Positions 25,310 to 38,611 of a DNA stretch of 64,000 nucleotides are shown in pieces. The first letter of the stretch is position 1. Each line of letters begins with the position of its first letter. Under the pieces are notes generated by a model. It saw nothing but the letters and a program-made list of their open reading frames with translations, searched no databases and was not told the origin of the DNA. The stretch comes from the human T2T-CHM13v2.0 reference genome, Homo sapiens. The DNA lies in assembly GCF_009914755.1 (NCBI RefSeq), contig NC_060934.1. The stretch is one strand, 5' to 3'. A program made the translations under genes and the position numbers.

Positions 25310-26130
25310 ACTAGGTTAAGCTGCAGTGACAAATGAATGCCTGGCCATCATGGCTGCACACAGTGGAGGCGTGCACCTCACTCAGACACGGCTCATGTGT
25401 GTCCACCAGACAGGCTGCTCCACAAGTCTTTGAGGGACCCAGGCTAACAGACACTCCACTTTCTTTGGCTGCAAATTGGTCATCAAAACATGGAAAGATA
25501 GTTGGGAAGAACACGTAGTGCTATGTCTACCATCCACTGGATAAAACTAGTCAAATGGCCTCGTCTAATCCAGTAAAGCTGGGAAATATGCAGAAGGAGA
25601 TGGGACATTAGAAGAACAGCCTGGCTGTGTCACTTGTTATAACTTCCTGCCAATATAAGAGTAGAAAAGGGAAGCATCACCAAGAAGTAAGCAAGCCAGG
25701 ATGACAGTCAGAAGAGTAAAATTCCAATCCTAAGTGTCAAAAAAATTTCAAATTAGTGAAAATTACTTACATTTTTTGTGACTCAGTTTTTTTTTCATTT
25801 GTAGAGTAATGGGGTAATACAAGATATTTACAAATATGTCATGCTTCTATGCAACCATAAGCCTAACGTAAACTCTGTATCCACCAGGATAACTTTGGAT
25901 GGGTTGCAATAAGTACACTAAAGTCTCACTGCATGGAAGCCCAAAGGTTTATTTTCACTTACTCTACATGTCCCTCACAGGCACCTACTAGACACCCAAC
26001 TGTACACTGCTCCTCAATTTTCCAACTCTTCCATATTTTCCCAGATGAGAAAAGTCATATGACTGCACATGTCTCTAACAGAGCAGACAAATCCCATCTT
26101 AACAAGCACTCAGAAGGAGAGCTGCCTGTA
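25310..26130. mobile_element. Degraded MLT1K/L-like and MIR fragments
   Basis: ggttaagctgcagtgacaaa, ggacccaggctaacag; MIR core actcagttttttttcatttgt (~25780). Confidence 0.35.
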
Positions 26131-26644
26131 TTTCGTGTTACCTTAAAAGACATAAAAAATATAATAAGCAATATAATTGGTATAACATAGTGGTTATATA
26201 AATGTATATACAACTATATACCCTGTGAGGGTGGGCTACATCTATTAGTCATCACTATTTCCAGTGCTTAATACCATGCTAGCACAGATAGTAATTGTAC
26301 ATTTTTGTGTGGAAAATAAAATGGAAGAAAAAATTAGACTGTATAAGTATGCTATATTAATATCTTCACAACGTTTGTTTAATATGCTCTTGAAACACAG
26401 AAAAATAAACAATAGCTTTGGCCATAGAAACCTTCTGGACTCCCTTGGGTCTGTCTTACTGCTTGTGCAAAATGTCATTTAAAATATTTGTTTTTTCTAC
26501 AAAACTTTTTTAAACTACTTCTTCAAATCTTTTTTTTTCCATTTAACACGTCCTCCTCTTCTATCTTTTGCTTTATTGTTTCTTTTTTCTTAAGTTTTGA
26601 GAAATGTTTCATAAATTGAGAAAATGTGACACATTCCTATCTCA

Positions 26645-27300
26645 GAAATAAAGAAGACTCAACCCTATGCTGACTACAAGAGACTCACTTCACCAGGAAG
26701 GATACAGGTAGAATGAAAGTGAAGGAAAGGAAGAAGATATTCCACAAAAATGGAAACCCACAGAGAGCAGGAGTAGCTATTCTTATCGCAGAAAAAGTAA
26801 ACTTTAAATTAAGAGCTCTAAAAGGAGACAAAGAAAGTCATCACATAAGGATAAAGGTGTCAATGCAGCAACAGAATATAGTAATAAATATATTTGCAGC
26901 CAATAATAAAGCACCTAAATTCATAAAGCTAATATCAATAGATATTAATATTAATAAATATTAATAGATCTAAAAGGGAAGACTGCAATACAATCATAGT
27001 AAGGGGCTCAACACCTTACTCATAGCAATCAACAGATCATCTAAACAGAAAATGCACAAAGAAATACTGGATTCAAACTGCATTCTAGACCAAATTAATC
27101 TAACGGATATTTACAGAATATTCCATCCAATGGCTGCATAATACACATTCTTCTCAACTGCACATAGCATATTCTCCAGGATAGATCATATATTAGGCCA
27201 TAAAATAAGTCTTAACAAATTTAAGAACATTGAAAGAATATTGAATATCTTTTCTGACCACAATAATATAAAGCTAGAAAACAATTAACAGGAGAAATTC
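26645..27300 (+). mobile_element. L1M ORF2 endonuclease-domain fragment
   Basis: KVKERKKIFHKNGNPQRAGVAILIAEK...DKESH...NIFAAN, and ttctccaggatagatcata (FSRIDH), tctgaccacaat (SDHN). Confidence 0.88.
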
Positions 27301-27309
27301 CTAAAACTT

Positions 27310-29200
27310 TGTTTCTTATTTTGTTGCCGAATAATATTTAATTGCATGGATATACCATTGTTTGTTTATATATTCAACCATTCAATAACATTTGGTTTGG
27401 GGAGACCTTTATTAAAGCTGGTTTAGACCTTTAGATATTGGGTTTGTTTGGACCTACATTCTCAAATCAGTTGGATAAACACCTCCGTGGTACAATTGTC
27501 TTGGTTTGTAAGAAACTACCAGACTGCCTTCTATAATGGCTGTGACCATTTTAATTCCTGCCTGCAATTATTGGTCATTTCCTGTGGTTTGTCATCCTCA
27601 CAAGCAATTGGCATTTTCCATCTTGAGATTTTAGCTGTCCAAATAGGTGTGTAGTAGTATCTTGTTTTGATTTGAAATTCCCTAATGAAAATGATGTGAA
27701 ACACCTTTCCACATAGTTACTTCCCACTCTTATATTTTCTTTTCGTGAGCTTTGGGTCCAGACCGTTGGTCTACTGTTTAATTGTAATTCTGACTCTTAT
27801 TCCTCTATGGATAAGTGGTTTTTGTCCTCTGTTTTTTTTTTTGAGACAGAGTCTTGCTCTGTCACCCAGGCTGGAGTGCAGTGGTTCACTGCAACCTCCG
27901 CCTCCCAGGTTCAAGTCATTGTCCTGCCTCAGCTTCCCAAGTAGCTGGGATTGTAGGCGCCTGTCACCATGCCCCGCTACTTTTTTTGTATTTTTAGTAG
28001 AGACGGGGTTTCGCCATGTTGGCCAGGCTGGTCTTAAATGCTTGACTTCCGGTGATCCATCCGCCTTGGCCTCCCAAAGTGCTGCGATTGCAGGCATGAA
28101 GCACCATGCCCTGCCTGTCCTCTGATATTTCTTAAAGATTTTCTCTTTTTTTTTCAGTTCAAATATGGTATGATGAGGTAAAATATTTTTCCTGCTTTTT
28201 TATTTATTTTTTGTTTTTTTTTTGTCTTAGTTTTCTCTGAGCTTCTTGGATAAGTGGTTTGTGTCTGCCATTAATTTGAGAAGTTATCTGCCATCAGTAT
28301 TCAAACATATGTCTTTTGCTGTCTTCTCTCTTTCTGATAAATCAATTATGTGTACATTAAGTATTTTGAAATTGTTTTACATTTTTGGGACATTTCCTTC
28401 TTTTTCTTTAGTTATTTTTTTTCCTTTTGCTTACTGCATTTCAGCTTGGGAAGTTTCATTTGACCTATAATCAACTTCGCTGATTCTTGCCTTCATTGTA
28501 TTTAATCTACTAATGAATCAGTTTAAGGCATTTGTTGTTTCTGTTACAGAGTTTTCTATTTCTACAGTTCCTTGATTCTTTCTTTTTGTTTCCAGTTCTC
28601 TGTTTACATTAGCTTTTGGTCCTTGCATGTCGTCTACTTTTTTCATTTCACTCTTTAGAACATTAATCATATTTATTTTAAATTCATTTATAGTTCAAAA
28701 AACTGTGTCATACCTGAGTCTGGTTCTGATCATTGTTTTGTCTCTTTGGAACATGTTTTTTCTTGCTTTGTGGCATGCCTGACTTTTTTTTTTTTAATTT
28801 TTGGTTGTGCAAAGGCAAACATGTTGTATCATGAAACAGGAATTGGCAGTTAGTGTGAAAATGCCTGTTAAGAGTTAAGCTGCATTTATTGTTGGCTGCA
28901 GGTGGCAGAGGCTTGGAATTCTCCCTGTGCCCTTGACTTTGTCTCTCTTCTTTGCCTTGGGCTTCCCTACTTGCTTCTCCACAGAGACGTCTGTTTTTCT
29001 TAGATCTTTCAGCTGTAAGTCACATTATTACATTGAAATCCTGTTAGTGTGATGTTAAGGTGTGACTTGGTGTAGAGGATTTTATATTCCTTTTATTAAA
29101 TCTTGGTGTTTTGTTGCGGCTATGTCTCTGAGATGTGGCCTTCATAAATGCGTCTCTGGTGGTGTGGCTCACCTCCTGGGTGATAAGATGGCCAGAGGGG
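27310..29200 (-). mobile_element. Old L1M fragments (3' part 27310-27790, ORF1/5' part 28125-29200)
   Basis: attgcatggatataccattgtttgttta, gtaagaaactaccagactg; T-rich antisense ORF1-like sequence. Confidence 0.65.
27832..28115 (-). mobile_element. AluS with ~12-bp internal deletion
   Basis: gagtgcagtgg^ttcactgcaacc; TSD tgtcctctg at 27823-27831 and 28116-28124. Confidence 0.92.
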
Positions 29201-29391
29201 GCTGGGTGGGAAGAATGACCTTCTTCTGCAGCTCTGGGAAAAGGGTCTGGTAAGTAGAACCTTTGGAAAGTAGAACTTTCTTCTGAAGATTTCTCTCTCT
29301 ATCATCACTGTATTTCTTCCACCATCAAGGTGTTCTAGCACGTCATCAACGCCCAGGTGTTGACGTCATTATTCACGACTATTGTGATTTA

Positions 29392-29423
29392 TAATGATGA
29401 TGAAGATGATGATGATGATGATG
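29392..29423. repeat. (GAT)n microsatellite
   Basis: About 10 units with one interruption. Confidence 0.85.
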
Positions 29424-31319
29424 GCATTCCTGCCACTTATTATCATTATTTTCACTTTAGCTTCCATTTACCTATGTGACATTTAGTACTAATTGCTGTA
29501 TGACAGTATTTCACTTTATAAGCCTCAGCTTTAGCATAGGATGCTATTTTTGGTTTTAAAAGTCATGAGTTTGAAAAGCCTGTGAAACAGTTGCTACACT
29601 TGTCTGAATTCAGGAAAGACTTCTGGCCTAGAGCTGTGGGAATTAAAGGATGAAGATTATCATCCATAGGGCAGGTGTCTCCCTGCCCTTTGAGGTCTGG
29701 GCATACCCTTTGGAAACATCCTTCATTGCCTTGGCCTCTGAGGAAGTAAAAATCAATCTCAGAGTCCATGATCCTTTTCCCCACACTAAACTGAGAGTAT
29801 GTGGATGTTGTTTTATCATAGACCTTGACTTTAGCAGACACTTGAAAAAGAGTTTGGCAAAAGGGGAACATGGAAAGTTGACTTATAAAAAAAATGCCCT
29901 TGTATGATACAGATTCATAACTGTACAGATAGAACAGAGGAACCAGTGTATAAAAATAGTTCATTTACTACTTACAAAGATCATCATTTTATTTTCCTAA
30001 GTGTTAATGAGCTTCCTTTAAGCCTTACCAAAAGAGGAAGTAATGTGGGGCTCTGTTGTCATTACTGTGGAGACAGAGGCAAACCAGCAACTCAACTGAA
30101 ACAAGACTGTTGCAATTAAATAGTAAGGAAATAATTAACAGAGAGTAAGAGGGAACACTTTGTGAACAAAATAATATCAAATACATTTTTAAAAGGATAA
30201 AATGAAATATGTTCTCCTGAAGGCAGCCCTTGGTACTTCACTTTTTCATGAACCTGACTAATATGTCACAAAAGTCAAAAATCAATATTTTCACAGGAGA
30301 TCACTGTATTTTCAAGCACAATGAGATTGTTTAGTAATTATGTAGAATTTCAGAAGTTTAAAATGATCAGGGAATTGTATTCTCCCAAACTCCTGTTTAG
30401 ATTGCTTTCTAAAGCATCTGGAGAGATTTTCAGAAGAACGCAAGATGTTTCACTCTACAAAGGCACGGGGGTCAGGACTCATTGGCTGCTGTGTGTGCCT
30501 ATGTGTTGGGCAACAATGATATTTTTTGAGATTCTGAGTATTCAGTTTAGTTTCCACATGGGTGAAGATGATGAAACATTTCTTCTAATTTCAAAAAGTT
30601 TTAAATTAATTAATAATCTGTGAGATGTCATCCCCAGGATCATGTAAACCAGGCATCTTGTAGATAGTAAGTGAGTGAGTGGTTGAACCTCTGCAAGTCT
30701 CTCTCAATAATTAATTGAAGATTAAACAGATTTAGGGAAATATTGCTTTTTAAATGAAAATGTGGCATGAGATTGACTTGGCATGCAGTTTCATTACAGA
30801 AGAGAATCTGTGTCTGCTTAATTTTATTTACAAGAGAACAGTTCTCTTCCTTTCTCCTTTGAATCTTCAAATCTTACAAAAACGTGGCAATGGATCGAGG
30901 TTGTGTTTATAGAGCAAATCACTAGACCAGACTAAAAGTAAATAAATACATAACAGTCCTGTCACTGATAGTGAAAACAGAGTGTAAGGTAAAGCATCGA
31001 AAGAGGACCAACCGTGGCTAAGACCTTATTCTAATTCTTTCTGCACTGCAAAGAACGCTTTTACTCAGAAGGTGGTTTCAACTAGTTGTAGTCCAACAAA
31101 TGTTGTCTCCTACTAATATATTGAGAAACTGTTAAAAAAGGATGTTTTTGGTTGCATACATAAAAGTACTTTAATTAAAAAATGATTAAATTTTACTCCG
31201 TGAGATCTAACAGCTTAAAAAGACAGTTCTGGTTATTTAATTATTCAGAAGAATCTAATATTAACCAGATTCAATGACCTTATTATTGGATACTCAGTTT
31301 TAAATAAGAGAAATAGCAC

Positions 31320-32045
31320 ATAATATATATTATATATGTAATATATACATATTCTATATTGTATACATAGAATATGTATAGAATTCTATATTCTATACAT
31401 ATTCTATACATAGAATGCATATATGCAATATACATATTCTATATTCACATATTCTATATTCTATATTCGTATATTCTATATAACATATGGATATATTAGA
31501 TAATATATGCAATATGTCCATATATTATATATATTTGGAAAAATAAGTATATATCATGTATACATATACAATATATTCATATATTATATGTATTATTTAT
31601 TACACCTTATACATATATAAATATATATATACATATAGCATATATCTGCATATCATATACATATAATATATGTGTATGATATGATATCTGTATATACAAT
31701 ATATAATACAAGTATAGACTATATGCATAGGAAATATATTTTATTATATACATATCTAATATATGCATAAGATATAACACATGATATATGTATATATCAT
31801 ATATGCAATATTTACATATAATCTATATATGTATTATACATATATATTATATACATGTATTATATATATTATTGTACATTGTAATATATAATATGTAAAA
31901 TATAGTTTATAATATAGTATATATTTTGGACACCTATTGTGTATGCATAGGATAAAATAAATTATATGTATATATCATATATAAACACACAATATATAAT
32001 ATAAATTTAGTATATATACTATACACATATAAGTGTATATTCATA
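31320..32045. repeat. AT-rich low-complexity island (degenerate TA/TATG/ATTCTAT units)
   Basis: About 720 bp, directly visible. Confidence 0.85.
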
Positions 32046-33009
32046 TTTATTTAATCTTTTAAATGATTGTAAGCACCTAGTGCATGGGTGTGATAGGTTC
32101 ATGAGTATTTCTCATTAGCTACTTTGAAGTAATCATTTAATTATGAATTTTTTTGTGTGTTTTGTGCTCTTAGGTAAATTTAGATGCCAATCGAATAGTA
32201 ATTCATTGTATTAGCATCTATATCTGTAAATGTGAGCTGCTATGGGACCACGATTCCATGTCTTTAATGCCCAACTCTAACCGTCCTTGATAACGGAAAT
32301 ATTTATCATAATTTGAGAGCAGCAAGGTGCTGGACTAACATGAAGCTATTTATGAAAGCCTTTTCCCACTGAGCACACATACCTGCATATTTCCTGGCAG
32401 AAATGTTACTGTGTTTGATTCCGTGCCTTTTTTCCAGACCTTTTGGAGGCATCTTATATCACCTGTTTTGGTCACTGTGTCATTGCTCTAAAATCCAAAC
32501 ATTCGGAGCTTTGCAGGGGTCCGTAGAAAATATTGTGGACATGCATCAGGTTCTTCACCAACACCTATGTTCTCTCTTTAATATTTGAAGAAACAGAATA
32601 TGTAATTATTCCCAATTTATTTATTATAAAGGAAGAAAAATAATTGCCACAAGGGTGTGAAGAGGCTGTAGGGCAGTGACGGAGGGAGTGAGGCCAGGAT
32701 CGTTCACGGCTTCACTGGAGCCCACCTGGTTCTCAGCAGTGGCTGACACCACAGAAAGGACAGGGCTGTGCTCTGAGGCAAGCATCGAGGGCACCTAGAG
32801 GAGCAGAGCCCCAGAGCCTCTGATCACCAGGGAAAGGTGGCCACAGGGAGGGCTGACCGGAGCGGGCAGCACACTTGGCCACTCGGAATAAGATCAAGTA
32901 TGAGGAACACACAGTGGGGAAGGAGCTCGGGGGATCCCAGCAGAGAAAGGTTTTCCGTGGGAGAGCCCCGAGGAGGAGTGACTAAATCGACGCATCAATT
33001 CTGTACGTC

Positions 33010-33230
33010 GTGGGCACTCACCCCGCGCCACGTGCAAGCCACCCATATGATCGGCTGTTTCCCTTAACAATCCCCAGATATGCAAGAATTCCGTAGTGTT
33101 CACTTCACATTCGAGATGAGAAGGTTGAAGTCCCAGGTTAACTTGCTTGTACAACATCACGAGCCAGCAGGTGCCAGAATCAACCTCCAAGTTCCAGCCT
33201 GACGGAGCAAGAACTTTTGCTCCCTCCACA
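33010..33230 (-). mobile_element. MIR
   Basis: cttaacaatccc...gagatgagaaggttgaagtcccaggttaacttgc...tcacgagccagcagg. Confidence 0.55.
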
Positions 33231-33752
33231 ATGTTTGTGGGTTTAAGAGATTTATGAATTGTAAAAAGAGGAACACATTTTCCTGATAAGTCAGAAAGAA
33301 AATATCCTACTGAATTTATAAAAATAAATGAAAGATAAGTAAAAAGCAACGATGCAATGGCAGTGATTCAACAAAATACTTGAGAAATGCCTGGAAATAC
33401 CGACCTTCCAGAGTGTTCTATGTGAGAAAATGATTTGTCTTCGACAGAGCTGAGCTTAACTACCACTTCTGTTTCTTACTATCCTACTTCATCTCTCTGA
33501 CTTCTCTTTCTGGAAATGACGTATTGTTTGTAAGCTTTATTGCCTTAAGAAAAAGTAAGATGAGATTTGTAGAGTACCTGGCATAGTACATAGCACCTAA
33601 AACAAAGCTATTATCGGTTTTCTTCATATTTTTATTAATATCATTATAAAGAGGAGAAGGAGGAAGGTGACTGAATAGTAAGAGAGTAAATCTTTTAAGC
33701 TAAGGAGGAGACACAGGTCAGGAACTGAAAGGATGCTTTAAGGAACAGGGGG

Positions 33753-34085
33753 TGCTATGATCGGAACATTTGTTCTCCCCAGATTCCTATGCTGAATGCT
33801 AACTCTCGATGGTATTGGGAGTGGGGGCTTTGGAGGGTGATTAGATCAATGAAATTAGTGCTCTTATAAAAGAAACCCAAGGGGAGCTCCTCGGCACCTT
33901 CCAGCTTGTGGGGACCCAGTGAGAAGACATCGTCTGCAACGAGGAGGAGGCCCCACCGGACACTGAAGCTGCCAGTGCCTTGGTCTCGGACCTCTGAGCG
34001 TCCAGAACTGTAAGAAGTAAAATTCTGTTGTTTCTAAGCCACCCAGTTTAGAATCTTATCACAGGAGCCTGAACAAGCTGAGATA
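33753..34085 (+). mobile_element. MLT1A0 MaLR LTR
   Basis: tgctatga...attagtgctcttataaaagaaaccc...tccagaactgtaagaagtaaaattctgttgtttctaagccacccagt. Confidence 0.8.
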
Positions 34086-35089
34086 ACCAGGTTTAGAAGA
34101 AAACTAAAATGTGGAAGTTTAATAAGGAAGAATGAATGATCACAGATTCTTATGAGTGATATTATTAGAATAGTTTGCTTCATATTTTATTAATATTTAG
34201 GAAATCTGCATATCCAATGTAATTTTGGCTTATTTAAATTAACTCCTGTTCCTTAAGCTCACAGGTAAGGATTCTGTTCCAGGGCCAGTAAAGGCTCTGG
34301 GAAAAGCTTAAGCCCTCGACTTTTTGCCTTAGTTTGTAGCATTCAACTGAAGCAAGGAAGGAAATAGAATTAAAGACACTCACAGCCCATCAAACCCTCC
34401 ATGCCGTCTTTCAGGCTCCTTCAGAGCAACACTTCTGGAAAGAGTTTCCTGTGGTTATTGGAGCCCCTTCCTAATACCTTGTCTCTCAGTCCACTCCAGA
34501 AAGGCCTCTGCATGGACCTGACATAGAGTCTGCATGAGACTGCAGCCACTGTTGACAAATGAAGCCCTTGGTTTTTGTTCTCATCTGTGCCACCTCTCAA
34601 AATTCCTCGCAGACGCAGCTCCGCCCTTTCCATCGCTTTGTCAACACTCTTCATCTCCTGCACCCTCTTCCTCGCTGGCCCCTTCTTTTCTACTCTATTT
34701 ATCTTCTCATCTCTTTTCTTCTCTCCTCTTCTTTTTTCCCTTCTCCTCTGCTGCAATAGCATAATGCCTCAAGATTCTGCCCTGGCCCTTCACTCTGTGC
34801 ACCCTAACAAAGCCTTAGGATGCATTCTATTCTGAGACTTTAAATATCATTGATGGGCTGATGACAACAAATGCATCAATCTGTCCTTGTTTGGTAAGTT
34901 TTGGGTTAACATATCCACTGCCTGCTTCGTATTTCTGAGTAGTAGAGACAGAGCTCTGATTCCCTTGTATTCACTACCACCAGCTATTTGCTTCACATTC
35001 CTAGTCTCAGAAAAATGAGCCACAGAGAACCCATGACTCAAGCAAGTAGGATCTAGGAGGCATCTCTCCCCCAAGCATTCATTTCATCA

Positions 35090-35275
35090 ACATGTCTTAT
35101 CACATTTAAATTCCAGCCTTTCCCTCTCTCTTGCTATCCCCTGCTGCCACACCAGTACAAAGGTCTCTTTCTACCCTAGTGCAATAGTCTCCTAGTTGGT
35201 CTTCCTCTTTCTATTCCGAACTATCTACAGTTCCTTTTTCATACCACAGCCAGTCATTTTTTAATAATGTAAACC
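35090..35275 (+). mobile_element. L2 fragment
   Basis: gcaatagtctcctagttggtcttcct...ccacagccagtcattttttaataatgtaaa. Confidence 0.55.
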
Positions 35276-37349
35276 CTAGCACACTTTCCAGCAATGATGG
35301 GATAACTGGTACTAGACTTACTTGTCCTCCATAAACTGCTCTACAATTAGACACATTCTATGAGACCATGACTGTCATGTATTGGATAACATGCAATGCA
35401 GGATTTTGATATTCAAGAAAAGGGATGTGCCCAACATGAGCATCATTTTTGCCCTGAATTTCTGACTAGTGGCATTTTTTAAACCACTGAACAGGGAGAT
35501 GAGCCCCATGCAGATCTAAGAGTTTTCCTGAGCTGCGGAGGCAGAGATCATGCCCAGGGATGCTGAGGCAGCTGAAATGTGCAGGGCAGGGGCTGAAGAG
35601 GAAGAAGCCATGTGGTAGGTGTGAGTGGACCAGAGGTGGGTGTCTCCCATTGGCCCTTCACTAAGAGGGAGCTCAGAAACATGCAGAAGGAACTGGAGGC
35701 ATGAGGGGAGCAGCCTCATGGAACTGAATCAACTGGAGTTGGAAAACCTTGTTCATTTGGGACACAGTCTAACAAGGCTGCTCTTTAACAGTGGTACCCA
35801 TGCCCTGGGTTAGCAGCGGTGTCTGAGGCTAAAGGCCAAGAGATACATTGAACAGCTGTAACAGATTCAACTGAGCTGGACTAGATCAGTGTAATCCTCT
35901 AGTAATTTAAAGGCATGCCACAGCAAACCTTGACATCATAGCTAAAACTTATTATTCACGATCTCTACCATATGATAATAAAATATGTATTCAAAGAAAC
36001 AAAAATATGTAACTCATAAGCCAAAATTTTTAAAAAAATATTAATAGAAGCAAACTCTTAAAAGATCAGGTACTGAATGGAGAGAAGAACTTTATTATAA
36101 ATATATTCAAAGACTTAAAAAAAAGATGGACATAATAAGTGAACAGATACAGAATATAAGCAGAAAAAATGTTTACAAAAGGAAATTGAGAGTTGTGCTT
36201 TCACCTAGGTCTACAATTCCAGTAAGAATATTACTTTCACCATAACAGCAAGAAAAAGACACATAAACCACAAAATCATAACTTTTTGGAACATATCAGA
36301 AAAGCTGAGTGCACAGAGCAATCAAGTATCATGCAGTACAAGGAATGGCATTCCTCATACTATGGAGAAACGATACCTGACCAGCAGCTCACTTCTCTCT
36401 GATGGGAGAAAGAGACTTCAGGTGCCTTACAAGTCAGGGAGAAGAATTCAGATGAGCATGATGATGGATTGCTGATGACAGGTGTGGGCAAGCTGAATTC
36501 ACACCTACTCAAAACTCTCCTCCATGAACCTCCACCAAGTACTCACAGGAAGGATCAGAGACAGGGTGGGAGACTGGAGAGAGTCTAATGATGGTGCAGG
36601 CCTGGAAGCCTGGTGCAGTTGCTGATGAAAAGTAGGCACAAATCTCCACTCAGATTCTTCTTGACTGCAGAGCAAAAGCTGTGAGCCATTGGGAGAAGAT
36701 GGTGAACTCTGCTGCCTGAGAACATAGAGGAAGGCACACTGTGGCTGGAAGTAGCATGAGAATAAAGAATACTGTATCCCCGAAGGATGGAGAGAAAACA
36801 GCTTAGGCTCCAGCATCAAATACTAAGACCATCAGAGGTCTCCTGTCTCTGGGGGAGGCCAGGAACTTCCTTACACAAGACACAACAATAGAAGCAAGCT
36901 TAGGCTCTTCAGAGAGGAGGGGCAGAATTAATGAGTCCCACACTTGCAATACTAGAGACGGAGGGCCTGATTACAGTGGAGGCAAAACCAGAGCAAGAGA
37001 AAATCCTGTGACCTCCATCACCATGCCAGGAAACACAAAATAACAAGCAACAGCAAAACCGTCCACTGCTGGGGAAGGGACAAGACGGAAAAGTTTCCCT
37101 TTATTGCACCAATGCATAGGGATGGCCCCACGTTGCAGGCAGAGCAGGAATATTCAGAGAAACACTCCAGAACCCCTGACCCTACCTACTTCATGCACAA
37201 GGTAACCCTACACACTTGAGTAGCTGGAACACTGAAGATAACCATAGTAACAAAATCTAAATCAGCTCAGTTTCTGATTAGATTGACTCAAATCCTACAC
37301 TAAGAATATAGCAGTAAAAGCATACCGTTTTCTGGCATACATACTTCTT

Positions 37350-37660
37350 TTTTAAAAAAAAAATTATTATTTTTATTTTTTTGAGACAGAGTTTTGCTTT
37401 GTCACCCAGGCTGGAGTGAAGTCACACAATTTGGGCTCACTGCAGCCTCCACTTCCCAGGTTCAAGTGATTCTCCTGCCTCAGTCTCCCAGGTAGTGGGG
37501 ATTATAGGTAGGTGCCACCACACCCAGCTAATTTTTGTATTTTTAGTAGAGACAGGGTTTCAGCATGTTGGCCAGGCTGCTCTCGAACTCCTGACCACAG
37601 GTGATCTGCCTCAGCCTCTCAAAGTGTTAGGATTATAGGCGTGAGCCACTACGCCCAGCC
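37350..37660 (-). mobile_element. AluS (Sx/Sz-like)
   Basis: Full dimer; TSD gcatacatacttctt at 37335-37349 and 37664-37678. Confidence 0.93.
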
Positions 37661-38297
37661 CCTGCATACATACTTCTTAGCTCCATTTCTACTGTTCTAC
37701 CAATGATGTCTGGCCTTAAATTAGAAAATGTTAGGAGATAAATAAGAAAACAAGGAAGAAAACCTGACAAGAGACAAAGCAGTCAAAAGGATCAGACTTA
37801 AGAAGAAACAAATGTTGGAATTATCAAGGAAAGAATGTTTAAGCTTTAGAAAAAACACTGGCAACATGCACTCAGATTAAAAATTTCAGAGGAGAGATTA
37901 AAATTAAAAGAAAAAGTCAAATGAGATTATTAGAAATACACAGAGAGACACACAGAGTAATAGAGATGAAGAATGCCTCTCATCACCTCATGAGTAGACA
38001 CAGCTTGGCCAAGGAAAGAAACAGCAAACATAAAATTCAGTTAATAAAAATTATCCAATTTGAAGAAGAAAAGGGGAACTCTTCAGAATAAAGCACTCTA
38101 CGGAATGAATTACCGTGGGACAAGCAAACACTCAAGTAACTGAAATCCAAAATAAAAAAAAAAGAGTCATAAGAATGGGTCTGAAAGAATAAGGGAAGAT
38201 TTTCCACAAATGATAAAAGACACCAAAACACAGAGTCAAGAATCCCCAAGATAACAAAGCCCACACATGTTCTAGCCACACTATAAAAACCAGATAT

Positions 38298-38611
38298 GGC
38301 TGGATGTGGTAGCTCATGTCTGGAATCCCAGCACTTTGGGAGGCCAAGGCGGGCAGATCATCTGAGGTCAGGAGTTTCAGACCAGCCTGGCCAACATGGT
38401 GAAACCCCATCTCTAGTAAAAGTACAAAAATTAGACAGGCGTGGTGGCACACACCTGTACTCCCAGTTACTCAGGAGACTGAGGCAGGAGAATTGCTTCA
38501 TCCTGGGAGGTGGAGGTCGCAGTGAGCCAAGATCGCACCACTGCACTCCAGCCTGGGCAACAGAATGAGACACTGTCTCAAAAATAAATAAATAAATAAT
38601 AAATAAATAAA
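38298..38611 (+). mobile_element. AluSx-like with (TAAA)n tail
   Basis: Full dimer; imperfect TSD aaaacca(aa)gata. Confidence 0.93.

Noticed and set aside
26645-27790. Plus-strand L1 EN fragment abutting a minus-strand L1 3' fragment as a twin-primed insertion
   Set aside because: Order and orientation do not fit twin priming; more likely separate decayed elements.
24491-28125. Alu-derived ORFs ([10 protein letters not shown]...), also at 38.1-38.6, 41.1-41.4, 42.2-42.4 and 63.3 kb
   Set aside because: Standard Alu translations.
32690-33060. Locally raised CpG content as a CpG island or promoter
   Set aside because: Too short and too sparse in CpG; no core promoter evidence.
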